DNA of 38,541 nucleotides from Mesocricetibacter sp. (GTDB lineage Bacteria; Pseudomonadota; Gammaproteobacteria; Enterobacterales; Pasteurellaceae). Each line of letters starts with the position of its first letter. Positions within the stretch are counted from its first letter, which is position 1. Of the stretch, positions 23,786 to 33,780 are shown piece after piece. Under the pieces are notes generated by a model. The model was not told the origin of the DNA and did no database searches. It saw only the letters and a list, made by a program, of their open reading frames with translations. Made by a program: the position numbers and the translations under genes. The DNA is taken from contig JBHBXR010000058.1 of the NCBI GenBank assembly GCA_041795785.1, positions 1-38,541 on the forward strand, given 5' to 3'.

Positions 23786-25422
23786 TGAATATTAAAAATT
23801 TCGCCCGTATGTGCAAAATTATCCGTACTTTTTTACGTTACGGATTAGATGAAGCGTTACCGCACAACCGTTACACCCGCCCGATTCGCTGTTGGCGGCA
23901 GACTTTGTTTTGGTTGCGCAATCGGCATAAAGACAAAGCCTACGGGTTGCGTCTGCGTTTAGCCTTGCAGGAGTTAGGACCGGTATGGATTAAATTGGGG
24001 CAAATGCTTTCCACCCGCCGTGATTTGTTTCGTCCCGAAATTGCCGATGAATTGGCGTTATTACAGGATCAGGTTGAAGCCTATGACGGGGCAATCGCCC
24101 GTCAGCAAATCGAACGGGCGCTAGGCGGAAAACTGGAAACTTGGTTTACGGATTTCAATGAAACCGCTTTAGCATCCGCTTCTATCGCGCAAGTACATAC
24201 CGCCCGTTTTAACGACACGCAACCAAACGCCGGTAAAGAAGTCGTGATTAAAGTGATTCGTCCGAATATCGAACCTGAAATTGAAGCGGATTTAAGTTTG
24301 ATGTATATGCTGGCAAGTTGGATTCCTCGTTTAAACTCGGAAGGTTACCGTCTTCGTCCGGTGGAAGTGGTGCGTGAATACGAAAAAACCTTGCGTGATG
24401 AATTGGATTTGCGTCGTGAAATGGCCAATGCAGTGCAGTTACGGGCAAATTTTGAAAACAGTCCGATGCTCTATATTCCAACTATGTATCAGGAGTTTTG
24501 CCATCAGAACGTGATCGTCATGGAGCGTATTTACGGCATTCCGGTGTCGGATATTGAGGCGTTGGAACAAAACGGCACCGATATGAAATTACTGGCGGAA
24601 CGCGGCGTACAAGTGTTTTTCACACAGGTTTTTCGGGACAGTTTTTTCCATGCGGATATGCATCCGGGCAATATTTTTGTCAGCCGCGAACACCCCGACA
24701 ACCCGCAATATATCGGTATTGACTGCGGCATCGTCGGACGTTTGGGCGAGCATGACAAACGTTATTTGGCGGAATGTTTCGTCGCATTCTTTAATCGCGA
24801 TTACCGCCGAGTAGCGGAAATGCACGTAAAATCCGGTTGGACGCCGAAAGATACGGATATTGATGCCTTTGAGCAGGCGTTTCGTGAAGTATGCGAACCG
24901 GTATTCGCCAAGCCGTTGGCGGAGATTTCTTTCGCCCATGCATTGATAAATTTATTTAATGTTGCGCGTGAGTTTAATATGCAGGTGCAACCGCAGTTAG
25001 TTCTGTTGGAAAAAACCTTGTTTTATATTGAAGGACTCGGGCGGCAGCTGTATCCGCAACTGGATTTATGGGATACCGCCAAGCCGTTCTTACAAAATTG
25101 GCTGGATGAACAAGTGGGCGTTAAGGCGTTATTGAAAAATGTAAAACGTAAACTGCCTTATATGCGCGAACATCTTGCCGAATTGCCGGAAACTTTGTTT
25201 GAGGCGTTGCAGGAACAAAAAGAAATTTCCAAACAATTAATTGAAATTAATAGAAAACTGACGAGAAAAGAAGGTTATTACCGACGCTATTGTGCCTTAA
25301 TTATGGGCAGTGTGATTTTTTTAGGCACCCTTTGGCAGTTTGCCGTATTGCCGGGGTGGTTAAGTGCGGTGTTTTTTTTGAGCGTTTTATTTATTTGGAT
25401 GACCTGTGTCAAATTGAAGTAA
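23785..25422 (+). CDS. ubiB: Ubiquinone biosynthesis protein UbiB (ABC1/atypical kinase family)
   Basis: 545 aa with ABC1 motifs ([20 protein letters not shown]) and two C-terminal TM helices. Confidence 0.94.
   Translation: MNIKNFARMCKIIRTFLRYGLDEALPHNRYTRPIRCWRQTLFWLRNRHKDKAYGLRLRLALQELGPVWIKLGQMLSTRRDLFRPEIADELALLQDQVEAYDGAIARQQIERALGGKLETWFTDFNETALASASIAQVHTARFNDTQPNAGKEVVIKVIRPNIEPEIEADLSLMYMLASWIPRLNSEGYRLRPVEVVREYEKTLRDELDLRREMANAVQLRANFENSPMLYIPTMYQEFCHQNVIVMERIYGIPVSDIEALEQNGTDMKLLAERGVQVFFTQVFRDSFFHADMHPGNIFVSREHPDNPQYIGIDCGIVGRLGEHDKRYLAECFVAFFNRDYRRVAEMHVKSGWTPKDTDIDAFEQAFREVCEPVFAKPLAEISFAHALINLFNVAREFNMQVQPQLVLLEKTLFYIEGLGRQLYPQLDLWDTAKPFLQNWLDEQVGVKALLKNVKRKLPYMREHLAELPETLFEALQEQKEISKQLIEINRKLTRKEGYYRRYCALIMGSVIFLGTLWQFAVLPGWLSAVFFLSVLFIWMTCVKLK
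25362..25370 (+). repeat. Uptake signal sequence core (Hin-type)
   Basis: AAGTGCGGT followed by a T-run, inside ubiB. Confidence 0.9.
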
Positions 25423-25531
25423 ATCAATGTCACAAAATGAAAAAATAATTCAAGTTGGCTATTGTTCGGATGAGTTAAAAACGTTATATTCACACAGAAT
25501 TTTTTTTTACATCTATCAGAGAGGAAAAGCT

Positions 25532-25756
25532 ATGGGCGGTATCAGTATTTGGCAACTGCTTATTATTGTTGCAATTGTGGTATTACTGTTCGGTACAAAA
25601 AAATTAAGAACCTTGGGTTCCGATTTGGGTGAATCCGTCAAAGGCTTTAAAAAAGCCATGCAGGATGAGCCGAAAGATGCGGAGTTTAAATCGTTAAAAC
25701 ACGATGAAGAAACCGCCGCTACAAAAGAAAACGCAAAAGAAAAAGAACAGGCATAA
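25532..25756 (+). CDS. tatA: Sec-independent (twin-arginine) translocase subunit TatA
   Basis: Starts [33 protein letters not shown], 8 nt after a GAGAGGA Shine-Dalgarno. The ORF-track start at 25427 is an upstream over-extension. Confidence 0.94.
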   Translation: MGGISIWQLLIIVAIVVLLFGTKKLRTLGSDLGESVKGFKKAMQDEPKDAEFKSLKHDEETAATKENAKEKEQA

Positions 25757-25759
25757 TCT

Positions 25760-26299
25760 GTGTTTGACATCGGTTTTTCTGAATTAATGTTGGTATTCTT
25801 TGTGGGCTTAGTAGTACTGGGTCCGCAACGTTTACCCGTGGCAATTCGTACGGTAATGGGTTGGGTGCGGACTATCCGCGGCTTGGCTGCCAATGTGCAA
25901 AACGAGCTGAACCAAGAACTGAAATTACAGGAATTGCAGGAAAGCATTAAGAAAGCGGAACATCTGAATCTGAAATCCCTTTCGCCGGATTTGGCAAAAA
26001 CAGTGGAAGAGCTGAAAGAATCCGCAGAAAAAATGAAAAACGATTTGGAAAAACAAGCGGCGGATGCCAACAAATCCATTGAAGAACATATCAAAGATGT
26101 GCGCGAAGCCAATGCGCAAACTGCTCGGGATATTCCGAATCAATCCGACGCAGTAGAAAAAACGGCTGAAAATCCGACTGCACTTTCACCGGCGGAACAA
26201 GCAGAATTGGCTGAGCTGGATGATGAACTGGCGCATTATATCGAACAATATCATCCTGCTGAAGACGCACCGCCCGTCCAACCTAAACAGAATAGCTAA
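25760..26299 (+). CDS. tatB: Twin-arginine translocase subunit TatB
   Basis: GTG start. The N-terminus (M)[25 protein letters not shown] closely matches E. coli TatB. The tail is an acidic coiled region. Confidence 0.93.
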   Translation: MFDIGFSELMLVFFVGLVVLGPQRLPVAIRTVMGWVRTIRGLAANVQNELNQELKLQELQESIKKAEHLNLKSLSPDLAKTVEELKESAEKMKNDLEKQAADANKSIEEHIKDVREANAQTARDIPNQSDAVEKTAENPTALSPAEQAELAELDDELAHYIEQYHPAEDAPPVQPKQNS

Positions 26300-26320
26300 G
26301 TATTATTGTCAGAGAACTCT

Positions 26321-27070
26321 ATGAGCGTCGAAGAAAGCCAACCCTTGATCAGCCACCTGTTAGAACTGCGTAACCGTTTATTACGTTGCGTCGTTTTTGT
26401 GTTAATCGTCTTTTTAGGGTTAGTGTATTTCTCCAATGATATTTATCACTTAGTCGCTTCTCCGCTGTTGGAAGTGATGCCGCAAGGAGCGAGTATGATC
26501 GCTACCAATGTGGCGACGCCGTTTTTTACCCCGATTAAACTGACTGCAATTGCGGCGGTATTTGTTTCCGTTCCCTATTTGCTGTATCAGGTTTGGGCGT
26601 TTGTAGCCCCCGCTTTATACCAGCATGAAAAGCGCTTGATTTATCCGCTGTTATTTTCCAGCACTATTTTATTTTATGCCGGCGTCGCATTTGCCTATTA
26701 TGTGGTTTTTCCGATAGCCTTCGGCTTTTTGACTTCCACTGCGCCGGAAGGTGTTGTTATTGCGACCGACATCAGCAGCTATTTGGATTTCGTGTTAACT
26801 ATTTTTTTGGCTTTCGGTGTCTGTTTTGAAGTGCCGGTCGCCATTATTCTGCTGTGTTGGACGGGCGTAACCACGCCGCAAGATTTAGTTGCAAAACGCC
26901 CCTATATCATTGTTGCGGCATTTGTTATCGGTATGTTGCTAACGCCTCCCGATGTGTTCTCACAAACTTTACTTGCCATTCCGATGTGTTTGTTATTTGA
27001 ACTCGGTGTGATCTGCGCGCGCTTTTATCGTCCGCGTGAAGATGATTCGGAAGCACGGAACGAACCCTAG
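26321..27070 (+). CDS. tatC: Twin-arginine translocase subunit TatC
   Basis: Starts [21 protein letters not shown] and is colinear with E. coli TatC through [17 protein letters not shown]. The ORF-track TTG at 26306 is 5 codons upstream. Confidence 0.95.
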   Translation: MSVEESQPLISHLLELRNRLLRCVVFVLIVFLGLVYFSNDIYHLVASPLLEVMPQGASMIATNVATPFFTPIKLTAIAAVFVSVPYLLYQVWAFVAPALYQHEKRLIYPLLFSSTILFYAGVAFAYYVVFPIAFGFLTSTAPEGVVIATDISSYLDFVLTIFLAFGVCFEVPVAIILLCWTGVTTPQDLVAKRPYIIVAAFVIGMLLTPPDVFSQTLLAIPMCLLFELGVICARFYRPREDDSEARNEP

Positions 27071-27178
27071 TAAATCTCTCACTAAACTACTGCCGAAATC
27101 CCGTATCTTTTTGTTTCATTATGCCTTATGGCGCTCTTTGATTGGGGGTTATTCACTTCTTTTTGACCGTATCTAGAA

Positions 27179-27220
27179 GCGGAACTCATGTTATCACTGT
27201 TATGATTACATAAGTTCCGC
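27179..27220. repeat. Imperfect 13-bp-arm palindrome in the tatC / TPM convergent spacer
   Basis: GCGGAACTCATGT, a 16-nt loop, ACATAAGTTCCGC (1 mismatch). No T-run on either side. Confidence 0.5.
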
Positions 27221-27236
27221 ATAATGAAATATACGC

Positions 27237-28145
27237 TTAAAAGCGTGTACTTGAGCCACCGCCTCCGCTGCTGCCACCGCCCCATGAACCTCCGCTATCG
27301 CTATCGGAACTGCTTTCATAGTCCTCATCGCCGTCTTCATCATCGTCGGTTGATTTTCTAGGTGTCGTCAACACTCGATAGACATAAAAATAAATTAGCA
27401 TTAATGGTAAAACCAGTATAGATACTATACAACAGATAAAAAATACAATTTTGAGTCCCCAGCGTTTGCCGGAAGATTCGGCTTTATTGATCTGTTTTTT
27501 CAGAGTTAGCATGAGAGCGAATAAAGCCAAACTGCCGCTCGCGATTAAAATCATCCCCAAAGTAGAGACTGGCAATTCTTCTTCTTTTTCGTCTTCAAGT
27601 AGTTTTGCCAGTTCTGATGTACCGGTAAAAATTTTACCGATTTCTTCTACGCCGGCTAACATTCCTGCGCCATATTTACCTTCTTTAAACAGCGGCACCA
27701 TGGTGCGGACTTGAATCTTTTTAGTCAATATATCCGGCAAATCACCTTCAATACCGTAACCGGTTTCCATTGCGATTTCGCGTTGATCCTGACGGGTCAG
27801 CAATAAAATAAGTAAGCCCCTGTCTTGTTGATCACCGATTTTCCAGTAATTAAACAGTTCGGTGGCAAAATCTTTAGCATTGGCATAGCGGGTACTGTCT
27901 ATTGCAGGCAGAATAACTACGGCAATTTCCACGCTGCTTTCCTTGCGGATATGCGCAATAAGCGCATTTAATTTAGCGGTTTCTTCCGCATTTATAACCG
28001 AATCCGGATCGGTGACATATTGCGTCGCATCTTGCAACTGTACATTCGGCACGTCTTTCACCTGCCAAAGGGTTTCCGCCCAAGTAGGTGCGGGCAGGAA
28101 ACATAATACGATTAATATCCGTGATAAAAGGGTGAACAGTTTCAT
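27237..28145 (-). CDS. TPM-domain (YgcG-like) membrane protein with acidic and Gly/Ser-rich C-terminal tail
   Basis: 302 aa. Has a signal peptide (...PAPTWA), a TPM/TLP18.3-type domain (EIAVVILPAI..., RGLLILLLTRQDQREIAMETGYGIEGDLPD), two TM helices, then DDDEDGDEDYESSSDSDSGGSWGGGSSGGGGSS. GGAGG Shine-Dalgarno upstream. Confidence 0.8.
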   Translation of the reverse strand: MKLFTLLSRILIVLCFLPAPTWAETLWQVKDVPNVQLQDATQYVTDPDSVINAEETAKLNALIAHIRKESSVEIAVVILPAIDSTRYANAKDFATELFNYWKIGDQQDRGLLILLLTRQDQREIAMETGYGIEGDLPDILTKKIQVRTMVPLFKEGKYGAGMLAGVEEIGKIFTGTSELAKLLEDEKEEELPVSTLGMILIASGSLALFALMLTLKKQINKAESSGKRWGLKIVFFICCIVSILVLPLMLIYFYVYRVLTTPRKSTDDDEDGDEDYESSSDSDSGGSWGGGSSGGGGSSTRF

Positions 28146-28299
28146 AAGCTCCTCCGCTATAGATTAGGAATTTATCGGTACGGCTGATTTGGTTTTGTCC
28201 ACAATGAACGATGTTGTATGTGAAATCTGAACGGCAAAATACGTAAGACAAGAAAGGTACCTTGACAGCACCTACTGTTTTCATTTTACTCCGTTTAGA

Positions 28300-28358
28300 T
28301 AAAAAGAGCGCAAAAATTTAGGGATTATCTTCGATTATTTTGATCTAGGATAATCCCT
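28300..28358 (-). terminator. Intrinsic terminator after lsrK
   Basis: On the minus strand: GGGATTATC, a 19-nt loop, GATAATCCC, then TAAATTTTTGCGCTCTTTTT. It starts about 30 nt after the lsrK stop. Confidence 0.6.
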
Positions 28359-28386
28359 GAGAGGAAATTGGAAGTCGGGTATCGTG

Positions 28387-29961
28387 CTACAAACCCGGCG
28401 CTTTCCACAAGGAAGTTGTTAAGCCTTCGTCCACCAGCTGTAATTGTTTACGGTAAACTTGCGCCCATTTGGTTTTATGTGATTGATATAACGCATAATG
28501 TTCCGGATTCGGTATGTGCCTGCGTTCAAATTTTACCAGTTTTTTACCTGCTTCGGATAAAGAAGGATAAATCCCCACGCCGACACCCGCTGCAATGGCA
28601 CAACCTAGTGCGGTCGCTTCTTTTACCACCGGGATATTTACCGTCAAACCGGTTACGTCGGCGAGGATTTGGCTCCACAATTTTCCTTTTGAACCTCCGC
28701 CGGCAAAAACAATGGAGGTCAATTTTACTCCGGAAAATTTTTCCACTTGATCCAAGTTACAAGAAGATACAATCGCCGCATTTTCTTGCAATGCACGGAA
28801 TAAAACGGGTTTATTACATTTTTCCGGATCAATGGATAGATTGATAAATGACGGAGCGGCATGATACCAAGACTTGAAATGCATGGCATCGGAGAAAATC
28901 GGAATGACATCGTTGGAACCGACGGGAACTCTTTCCGCCATTTGTTCCAACAACGTATAAGCATCCACGCCTAAACGATCCGCCAGTCTTTTTTCTTCTT
29001 CGCAAAACGCATCGCGGAACCAGCGCATCGTCAGACCGGTGAAAAAACTGATGGACTCGGCTTGAGCCAAATTGGTGACGACGTGCGGATTAATGCGTAC
29101 GTTCATTTCCGGATCGGTAACGGGCTTAGGCAGGTTGACGACCTGTTGCCAGAAAGTACCGCCGATAACCGCCGCTTGTGAAGGTTCGGTGATGCCTAAA
29201 CCGGCACAACCTAACTGTACGTCACCGCCACCGACTACAACGGGCGTACCGCTTTTCAAACCGGTTTGTTCCGCTGTTTGTGCTAAAACCGAGCCTAATA
29301 AGGTGCCCGTTTCTTTGACCGGAGTGAGAATATCCGGATTTAGCCCCGCCATTTCCAATACTTCGGGCGCCCATTGGCGGGTAGCGAGATTCAGAATGCC
29401 GCTGGTGCCCGCATTGGACGGTTCAACCGCCAATTCACCGCTAAGCATAAAAGCCAACCAGTCGCTTATCATAGTAACGGCTTTAGTACGTTGGTAAATA
29501 TCAGGTCGATGATTTGCCAGCCATAATAAACGGGGAACAGCGCTCAAAGCCAACGTTTGTCCCGAGATGTGATAAAGCGTTTGTTCGTATGTGCCGTTAT
29601 TCAGTTGTTTGAGTGTTTTGACTTCTTCCGTCGCGCGCGCATCCACATTGCCGCAAGCCCAAATCGGTTGTTTGCGTTCATCATAAAGCACAATACCTTC
29701 CCGCATCGAGCAAGTGGAAATCGCCGCAATTTGTTCAGGCTGTATTTGCGCTTTCAATAAAGATTGGCGGATGCAATCACAAGTGAGTTGCCAGTTACGC
29801 GGCAAATCAAATTCCATTGAACCGGGAATATCGGGATCGGATAAGTGCGTCCATTCCCGTTGCGCTGCGGCAATTTGGTTACCTTCCAAGTCGAATATAA
29901 CCGCTCTGACACTGCCGGTACCGGCATCCAATGCCATAAGATAAGTTGCTTGATGATTCAT
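28387..29961 (-). CDS. lsrK: Autoinducer-2 kinase
   Basis: FGGY-family kinase, colinear with E. coli LsrK from [25 protein letters not shown] to the identical C-terminal [11 protein letters not shown]. The ATG at 29961 follows an AGGAGA Shine-Dalgarno. The ORF-track start at 29994 is upstream. Confidence 0.95.
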   Translation of the reverse strand: MNHQATYLMALDAGTGSVRAVIFDLEGNQIAAAQREWTHLSDPDIPGSMEFDLPRNWQLTCDCIRQSLLKAQIQPEQIAAISTCSMREGIVLYDERKQPIWACGNVDARATEEVKTLKQLNNGTYEQTLYHISGQTLALSAVPRLLWLANHRPDIYQRTKAVTMISDWLAFMLSGELAVEPSNAGTSGILNLATRQWAPEVLEMAGLNPDILTPVKETGTLLGSVLAQTAEQTGLKSGTPVVVGGGDVQLGCAGLGITEPSQAAVIGGTFWQQVVNLPKPVTDPEMNVRINPHVVTNLAQAESISFFTGLTMRWFRDAFCEEEKRLADRLGVDAYTLLEQMAERVPVGSNDVIPIFSDAMHFKSWYHAAPSFINLSIDPEKCNKPVLFRALQENAAIVSSCNLDQVEKFSGVKLTSIVFAGGGSKGKLWSQILADVTGLTVNIPVVKEATALGCAIAAGVGVGIYPSLSEAGKKLVKFERRHIPNPEHYALYQSHKTKWAQVYRKQLQLVDEGLTTSLWKAPGL

Positions 29962-30015
29962 TCTTTTCTCCTTCCGAATCGGGAAGAAAGTCAAGCCCCG
30001 AATACAACTAACCTG

Positions 30016-30981
30016 CTAAACCAACTGCGCTAACATCATACGGGCCGTTTTTTCTTCCGTTACCAATGAATTAATATGTTTACCGTGCAAGGCGCTTAAA
30101 ATAGCTTCCACTTTATCTGCACCGCCCGCAATGCCGATTACGTTGGGAATTTTGCGCAGATTGTCCAAAGACAGGCTGATCAGTTCCTCGTGCAACGGCA
30201 TATCGGGCTGTAGAGAACCGTCTTTGCGCATAAAATAGCCCAAAATATCACCGACCGCCCCTTGCCGGCGGATAATTTGCTGTTTTTCTTCCGTAATATA
30301 GCCGGTGCGCAATAACGTCGCCTGCCCTTGCTGTCTGGTAGCGCCGATACCGACAATGGCGGCATTGGCACTGCACGCCGCCAGCATAATATCTCTGACG
30401 CAAGCTTCACGCTTAAACAGCTTGGCGGCTTCAACGGAAGAAGCCCTTAACGGTGCCGGGATAATACTGACCGAGCAGGAACCGTCCAGCTGACCAATTC
30501 CTTTCATATAAGGCCCCACCCCACCGGAGAGCGTGATTAGCTTAATGGCGTTATGCGTAATAAATTCGTTGGCGTATTTCAGCGTTTTCATAATGGTATC
30601 GCCGAAACCGATCGCCAAAATTTGGTTGGGTTTGAGTAGCGACATCAGCATTTGGGCGGCGCCGACACCTAAACGTTCGTTGATTTCATGCTGTTCCAAT
30701 TCGGGCAATATGCGAATATGCTTAAGATCAAAATATTGTTGTAAAGCTTCTTCCAATTCCAAACAACCGGTAAAACGGGAATTAATTTGGACTTTAATAA
30801 TTCCCGATTGACGTCCTTTTTCCAATAATCTGGATATTTTTAAGCGCGGCAGTTTCAATTTATCACCGATTTCTCCTTGAGTAAGGTTGTCGTGATAATA
30901 AAACCACGCAATGCGGGCGAGCAGTTCTTCCTCGCTCATTACTTGTATATTTTCGTGTTGTTCCGTTTTAATGTCGTTCAT
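30016..30981 (-). CDS. lsrR: lsr operon transcriptional repressor (SorC/DeoR-like)
   Basis: Contains [41 protein letters not shown] and [10 protein letters not shown], colinear with E. coli LsrR. I prefer the ATG at 30981 (321 aa). The ATG at 31017 has no Shine-Dalgarno and would lie almost at the predicted promoter. Confidence 0.93.
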   Translation of the reverse strand: MNDIKTEQHENIQVMSEEELLARIAWFYYHDNLTQGEIGDKLKLPRLKISRLLEKGRQSGIIKVQINSRFTGCLELEEALQQYFDLKHIRILPELEQHEINERLGVGAAQMLMSLLKPNQILAIGFGDTIMKTLKYANEFITHNAIKLITLSGGVGPYMKGIGQLDGSCSVSIIPAPLRASSVEAAKLFKREACVRDIMLAACSANAAIVGIGATRQQGQATLLRTGYITEEKQQIIRRQGAVGDILGYFMRKDGSLQPDMPLHEELISLSLDNLRKIPNVIGIAGGADKVEAILSALHGKHINSLVTEEKTARMMLAQLV

Positions 30982-31026
30982 ATTCCGTTCCCAAAATAGG
31001 TTAAAAGTATTATTCATTTGTTTTAA

Positions 31027-31039
31027 TTTATTATCAATT
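31027..31039. promoter_or_regulatory. Left arm of a 13-bp perfect inverted repeat flanking the lsr control region (TTTATTATCAATT)
   Basis: Exact reverse complement of 31176-31188. On the minus strand it reads AATTGATAATAAA, which contains a GATAAT -10-like hexamer oriented toward lsrR. Confidence 0.5.
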
Positions 31040-31064
31040 GTTCTTTTTGAATTTTTTATTAAAG

Positions 31065-31080
31065 CGTGATGAAGATCACT
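31065..31080. promoter_or_regulatory. Candidate CRP site 1 (CGTGA-TGAAGA-TCACT)
   Basis: Matches the TGTGA-N6-TCACA consensus in 8 of 10 core positions, with a perfect GTGA/TCAC palindrome. Lies in the lsrR-lsrA intergenic region. Confidence 0.6.
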
Positions 31081-31083
31081 TTT

Positions 31084-31101
31084 TCGATAAAAAATAATCG
31101 A
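31084..31101. promoter_or_regulatory. Palindrome TCGAT-N8-ATCGA in the lsr control region
   Basis: 5-bp arms with an A-rich spacer, abutting CRP site 1. Candidate LsrR or other regulator site. Confidence 0.3.
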
Positions 31102-31125
31102 TTTAGCATAATTACATCTAAATTT

Positions 31126-31141
31126 TGTGATCTTGATCTCA
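31126..31141. promoter_or_regulatory. Candidate CRP site 2 (TGTGA-TCTTGA-TCTCA)
   Basis: Matches TGTGA-N6-TCACA in 9 of 10 core positions. Its centre is about 32-37 nt upstream of the TATAAT at 31165. Confidence 0.6.
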
Positions 31142-31164
31142 GAAATTTGCCTGATTAATCTCTA

Positions 31165-31170
31165 ATATAA
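31165..31170 (+). promoter_or_regulatory. Candidate lsrA -10 hexamer (TATAAT)
   Basis: Consensus hexamer 55 nt upstream of the lsrA ATG, with no clear -35, consistent with activator dependence. GATAAT at 31180-31185 is an alternative. Confidence 0.45.
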
Positions 31171-31175
31171 TGAAA

Positions 31176-31188
31176 AATTGATAATAAA
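31176..31188. promoter_or_regulatory. Right arm of the 13-bp perfect inverted repeat (AATTGATAATAAA)
   Basis: Exact reverse complement of 31027-31039, 36 nt upstream of the lsrA ATG. Confidence 0.5.
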
Positions 31189-31224
31189 AAAATACATTTG
31201 TTCATCTTCTCAAAGGAGTGAAAA

Positions 31225-32742
31225 ATGCCATCACAGATTTCAAACGGAAACTGCCTGTTACAGGCGCACAATATCAGCAAATCCTTCTCCGGTGTGGAAG
31301 TGCTTAAAGATATTGATTTTTCTTTATATGCGGGAGAAGTACACGCCTTATTGGGCGGTAACGGTGCGGGCAAATCCACGTTGATGAAAATCATCGCGGG
31401 AATTCAGCAGCAAGACAGCGGCGAATTAGAAATTCACGGCAAGATTCAAAGCGGTTTATCACCCGCCAAAGCGCATCAGTTGGGTATCTATTTGGTTCCG
31501 CAGGAACCGTTGTTATTTCCGAATCTCAGCGTACAAGAAAACATTTTGTTCGGTTTGAGCAAAGCCGATAAAACGGAAGAAAAACTGACCGCACTTTTAC
31601 AGGAACTGCACTCCCATTTGAAACTGGATATGTTGGCGGGTTCGTTAGATGTGGCGGATCAGCAGTTGGTGGAAATTATGCGCGGCTTAATGCGCAATGC
31701 CTCTATTTTAATTTTGGACGAACCGACGGCTTCTTTAACGCCGGCGGAGACCGAGAACCTGTTTAAGAAAATCAATTCATTGTTAAGCAAAGGCGTCGGC
31801 ATTGTGTTTATTTCCCATAAATTGCCGGAGGTGTGGCAAATTTCCCATCGAATCAGTGTGATGCGCGACGGTTATATTGCCTTGGCAGGGAAAACGGGAG
31901 ATCTTCAACGTGATGAAGTGATTGCGGCAATTACACCGAAATCTAAAGGCACGCAATTAAGCGACAGCCAAAAATTGTGGTTGGAACTGCCCGGTCATAA
32001 TCGTATTAAATCCAAGGATAAACCGATCTTAGAAGTAAAAAATCTGACCGGTGAAGGATTTAAAAATATTTCTTTTCATATTTATCCGGGGGAAATTCTC
32101 GGCTTGGCGGGCGTGGTCGGCGCGGGACGCACGGAATTAGCGGAGACTTTGTACGGGTTGCGTAATAAAAAACGAGGAGAGATCTTTTTTCTGGAGCGGG
32201 AAATCAGCGCGTTGACCATTAAAGAACGCTTGGAAGAAGGCATTGTTTATTTGCCGGAAGATCGGCAAGCTTCGGGGTTATATTTGGATGCGCCGCTAAC
32301 TTGGAATGTGTGCGGACTGACTTATAACAATATGGGATTTTGGTTGGATACGGCAAAAGAAAGCGCCATTTTGGAACGCTATTACCGCGCCATCGGGATT
32401 AAATTCAATGACGAGCAGCAGGCGGCGCGTACGTTGTCCGGCGGCAATCAACAAAAAGTATTGATTGCCAAATGCCTTGAAGCCAATCCGGCATTGTTGA
32501 TTGTCGATGAACCGACCCGCGGCGTGGATGTCGGCGCCCGCGCCGATATTTATCAGTTGATTAAAAGCATTGCCAAACAGAACGTAGCGATTTTATTTAT
32601 TTCGTCGGATTTGGAAGAAATCGAGAAAATGTCCGATCGGGTATTGGTGATGCACGACGGTCAAGTGGGCGATTCGCTGCTTGGTGACGCAATTAATACT
32701 AATAATATTATGCAGATGGCATTCGGCGGTTCACATTTATAA
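31225..32742 (+). CDS. lsrA: AI-2 ABC importer ATP-binding protein
   Basis: 505-aa duplicated ABC ATPase with Walker [10 protein letters not shown], a second site GVVGAGRTE, and signature [14 protein letters not shown] Shine-Dalgarno upstream. First gene of lsrACDBFG. Confidence 0.93.
   Translation: MPSQISNGNCLLQAHNISKSFSGVEVLKDIDFSLYAGEVHALLGGNGAGKSTLMKIIAGIQQQDSGELEIHGKIQSGLSPAKAHQLGIYLVPQEPLLFPNLSVQENILFGLSKADKTEEKLTALLQELHSHLKLDMLAGSLDVADQQLVEIMRGLMRNASILILDEPTASLTPAETENLFKKINSLLSKGVGIVFISHKLPEVWQISHRISVMRDGYIALAGKTGDLQRDEVIAAITPKSKGTQLSDSQKLWLELPGHNRIKSKDKPILEVKNLTGEGFKNISFHIYPGEILGLAGVVGAGRTELAETLYGLRNKKRGEIFFLEREISALTIKERLEEGIVYLPEDRQASGLYLDAPLTWNVCGLTYNNMGFWLDTAKESAILERYYRAIGIKFNDEQQAARTLSGGNQQKVLIAKCLEANPALLIVDEPTRGVDVGARADIYQLIKSIAKQNVAILFISSDLEEIEKMSDRVLVMHDGQVGDSLLGDAINTNNIMQMAFGGSHL
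31588..31596 (-). repeat. Uptake signal sequence core (Hin-type)
   Basis: ACCGCACTT, inside lsrA. Confidence 0.9.
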
Positions 32743-32754
32743 GGAGAAAAGACG

Positions 32755-33768
32755 ATGTGGAAACTCATACAGGATAACCGCGAACTGACCATTTTAATTG
32801 CCATCGGCTTGCTCTTTTTATTGTTAAGTTTGGTCGGCAGCGGTTTTCATTTACAGACATTGACGATGATTTTCAACTCCGCACAGATTGTGATGCTGTT
32901 GGCAATCGGGGCAAGTTTTGTGATTTTAACCCGCAATATCGACGTATCCGTCGGTTCCACGATGGGGTTGTGCGCTGTGGCGGCGGGGAGTTTGCTGAAT
33001 GCGGGATACGGGTTGTGGAGCGCTTTTGCGCTGACATTGGGCTGCGGTTTATTGGCGGGCTTGCTGAACGGGATTTTAGTGACGATTTTACGCATTCCGG
33101 CAATTGTGGCGACCTTGGGTACATTGGGGCTTTATAAAGGAATTATGCTGTTAATTACCGGCGGTAAATGGATTGAGGGCTTGCCGCAAGAGTTAAAAAC
33201 CTTATCCGAGCCGGTGCTGTTGCAGATTTCACCGATCGGCTGGTTAGTGATTATATTGATTATTAGCGCCTATTTCTTTCTGACAAAAGCTACCGCAGGG
33301 CGTAATTTTTATGCCGTGGGCGATAATTTGCAAGGCGCATTGCAATTAGGCGTACGTATTGATCGGGTCAGAATTATTGCGTTTACTTTAAACGGTATGA
33401 TGGCGGCGATTGCCGGAGTTGTCTTCGCCTCACAAATCGGTTTCGTGCCGAACTCGACGGGTAACGGCTTGGAAATGAAAGCCATTGCCGCTTGCGTACT
33501 CGGCGGTATTAGTTTGTTGGGCGGCGCGGGGAATGTGGTCGGTGCTGTGTTAGGCGCTTATTTCCTGATTCAAATCGACACTATTTTGGTGTTACTGAAA
33601 GTGCCGGCATATTGGAATAATTTCGTGGCAGGGATTGTGCTCTTGGCAGTATTGGTCTTTGACGGACGGATTCGGGTGATGATTGCCAACAATCTGAAAT
33701 TGCAACGTTACGCCCGTTTTCTAAAAGACGATGAAGTTCCGTCAACAAATAAGGCGCCGTCAAAATAG
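32755..33768 (+). CDS. lsrC: AI-2 ABC importer permease
   Basis: 337-aa ribose-type (BPD_transp_2) permease, assigned from its operon position after lsrA. Confidence 0.9.
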   Translation: MWKLIQDNRELTILIAIGLLFLLLSLVGSGFHLQTLTMIFNSAQIVMLLAIGASFVILTRNIDVSVGSTMGLCAVAAGSLLNAGYGLWSAFALTLGCGLLAGLLNGILVTILRIPAIVATLGTLGLYKGIMLLITGGKWIEGLPQELKTLSEPVLLQISPIGWLVIILIISAYFFLTKATAGRNFYAVGDNLQGALQLGVRIDRVRIIAFTLNGMMAAIAGVVFASQIGFVPNSTGNGLEMKAIAACVLGGISLLGGAGNVVGAVLGAYFLIQIDTILVLLKVPAYWNNFVAGIVLLAVLVFDGRIRVMIANNLKLQRYARFLKDDEVPSTNKAPSK

Positions 33769-33780
33769 GGAGGAAGAATA

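Noticed and set aside
25500-25508. T9 homopolymer upstream of tatA (also T8 in ubiB at 25372-25379 and T9 at 22292-22300) as possible phase-variation tracts
   Set aside because: The tatA tract lies in a 5' UTR rather than between -35 and -10 or in coding sequence. The ubiB tract is the T-run flank of a USS. The third is a terminator tail. None is associated with a typical contingency gene.
25516-26112. 198-aa ORF antisense to tatA/tatB
   Set aside because: It lies entirely opposite two well-supported genes. The product is low-complexity and Ser/Phe/Cys-rich with no Shine-Dalgarno or motif. This is a typical shadow ORF of an acidic, Lys/Glu-rich coding region.
27973-28284. 103-aa minus-strand ORF starting upstream of the TPM gene with a GGAG 4 nt before its ATG
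   Set aside because: It overlaps the well-supported TPM coding sequence by 173 nt in another frame. The sequence (Cys/Arg/Gly-rich C-terminus) looks non-protein-like. A short upstream leader peptide cannot be excluded, but there is no support for one.
28262-28290. Plus-strand promoter-like TTGACA-17-TTTACT pointing into the 3' end of lsrK (possible antisense RNA or sRNA)
   Set aside because: The -10 is weak (4 of 6). There is no plus-strand terminator downstream, since the hairpin at 28320-28358 lacks a T-run on the plus strand. Such matches are common in AT-rich spacers.
28368-28844. 158-aa plus-strand ORF, plus other ORFs of 60-141 aa, antisense to lsrK and lsrR
   Set aside because: These are shadow ORFs opposite strongly supported genes and have no recognisable motifs.
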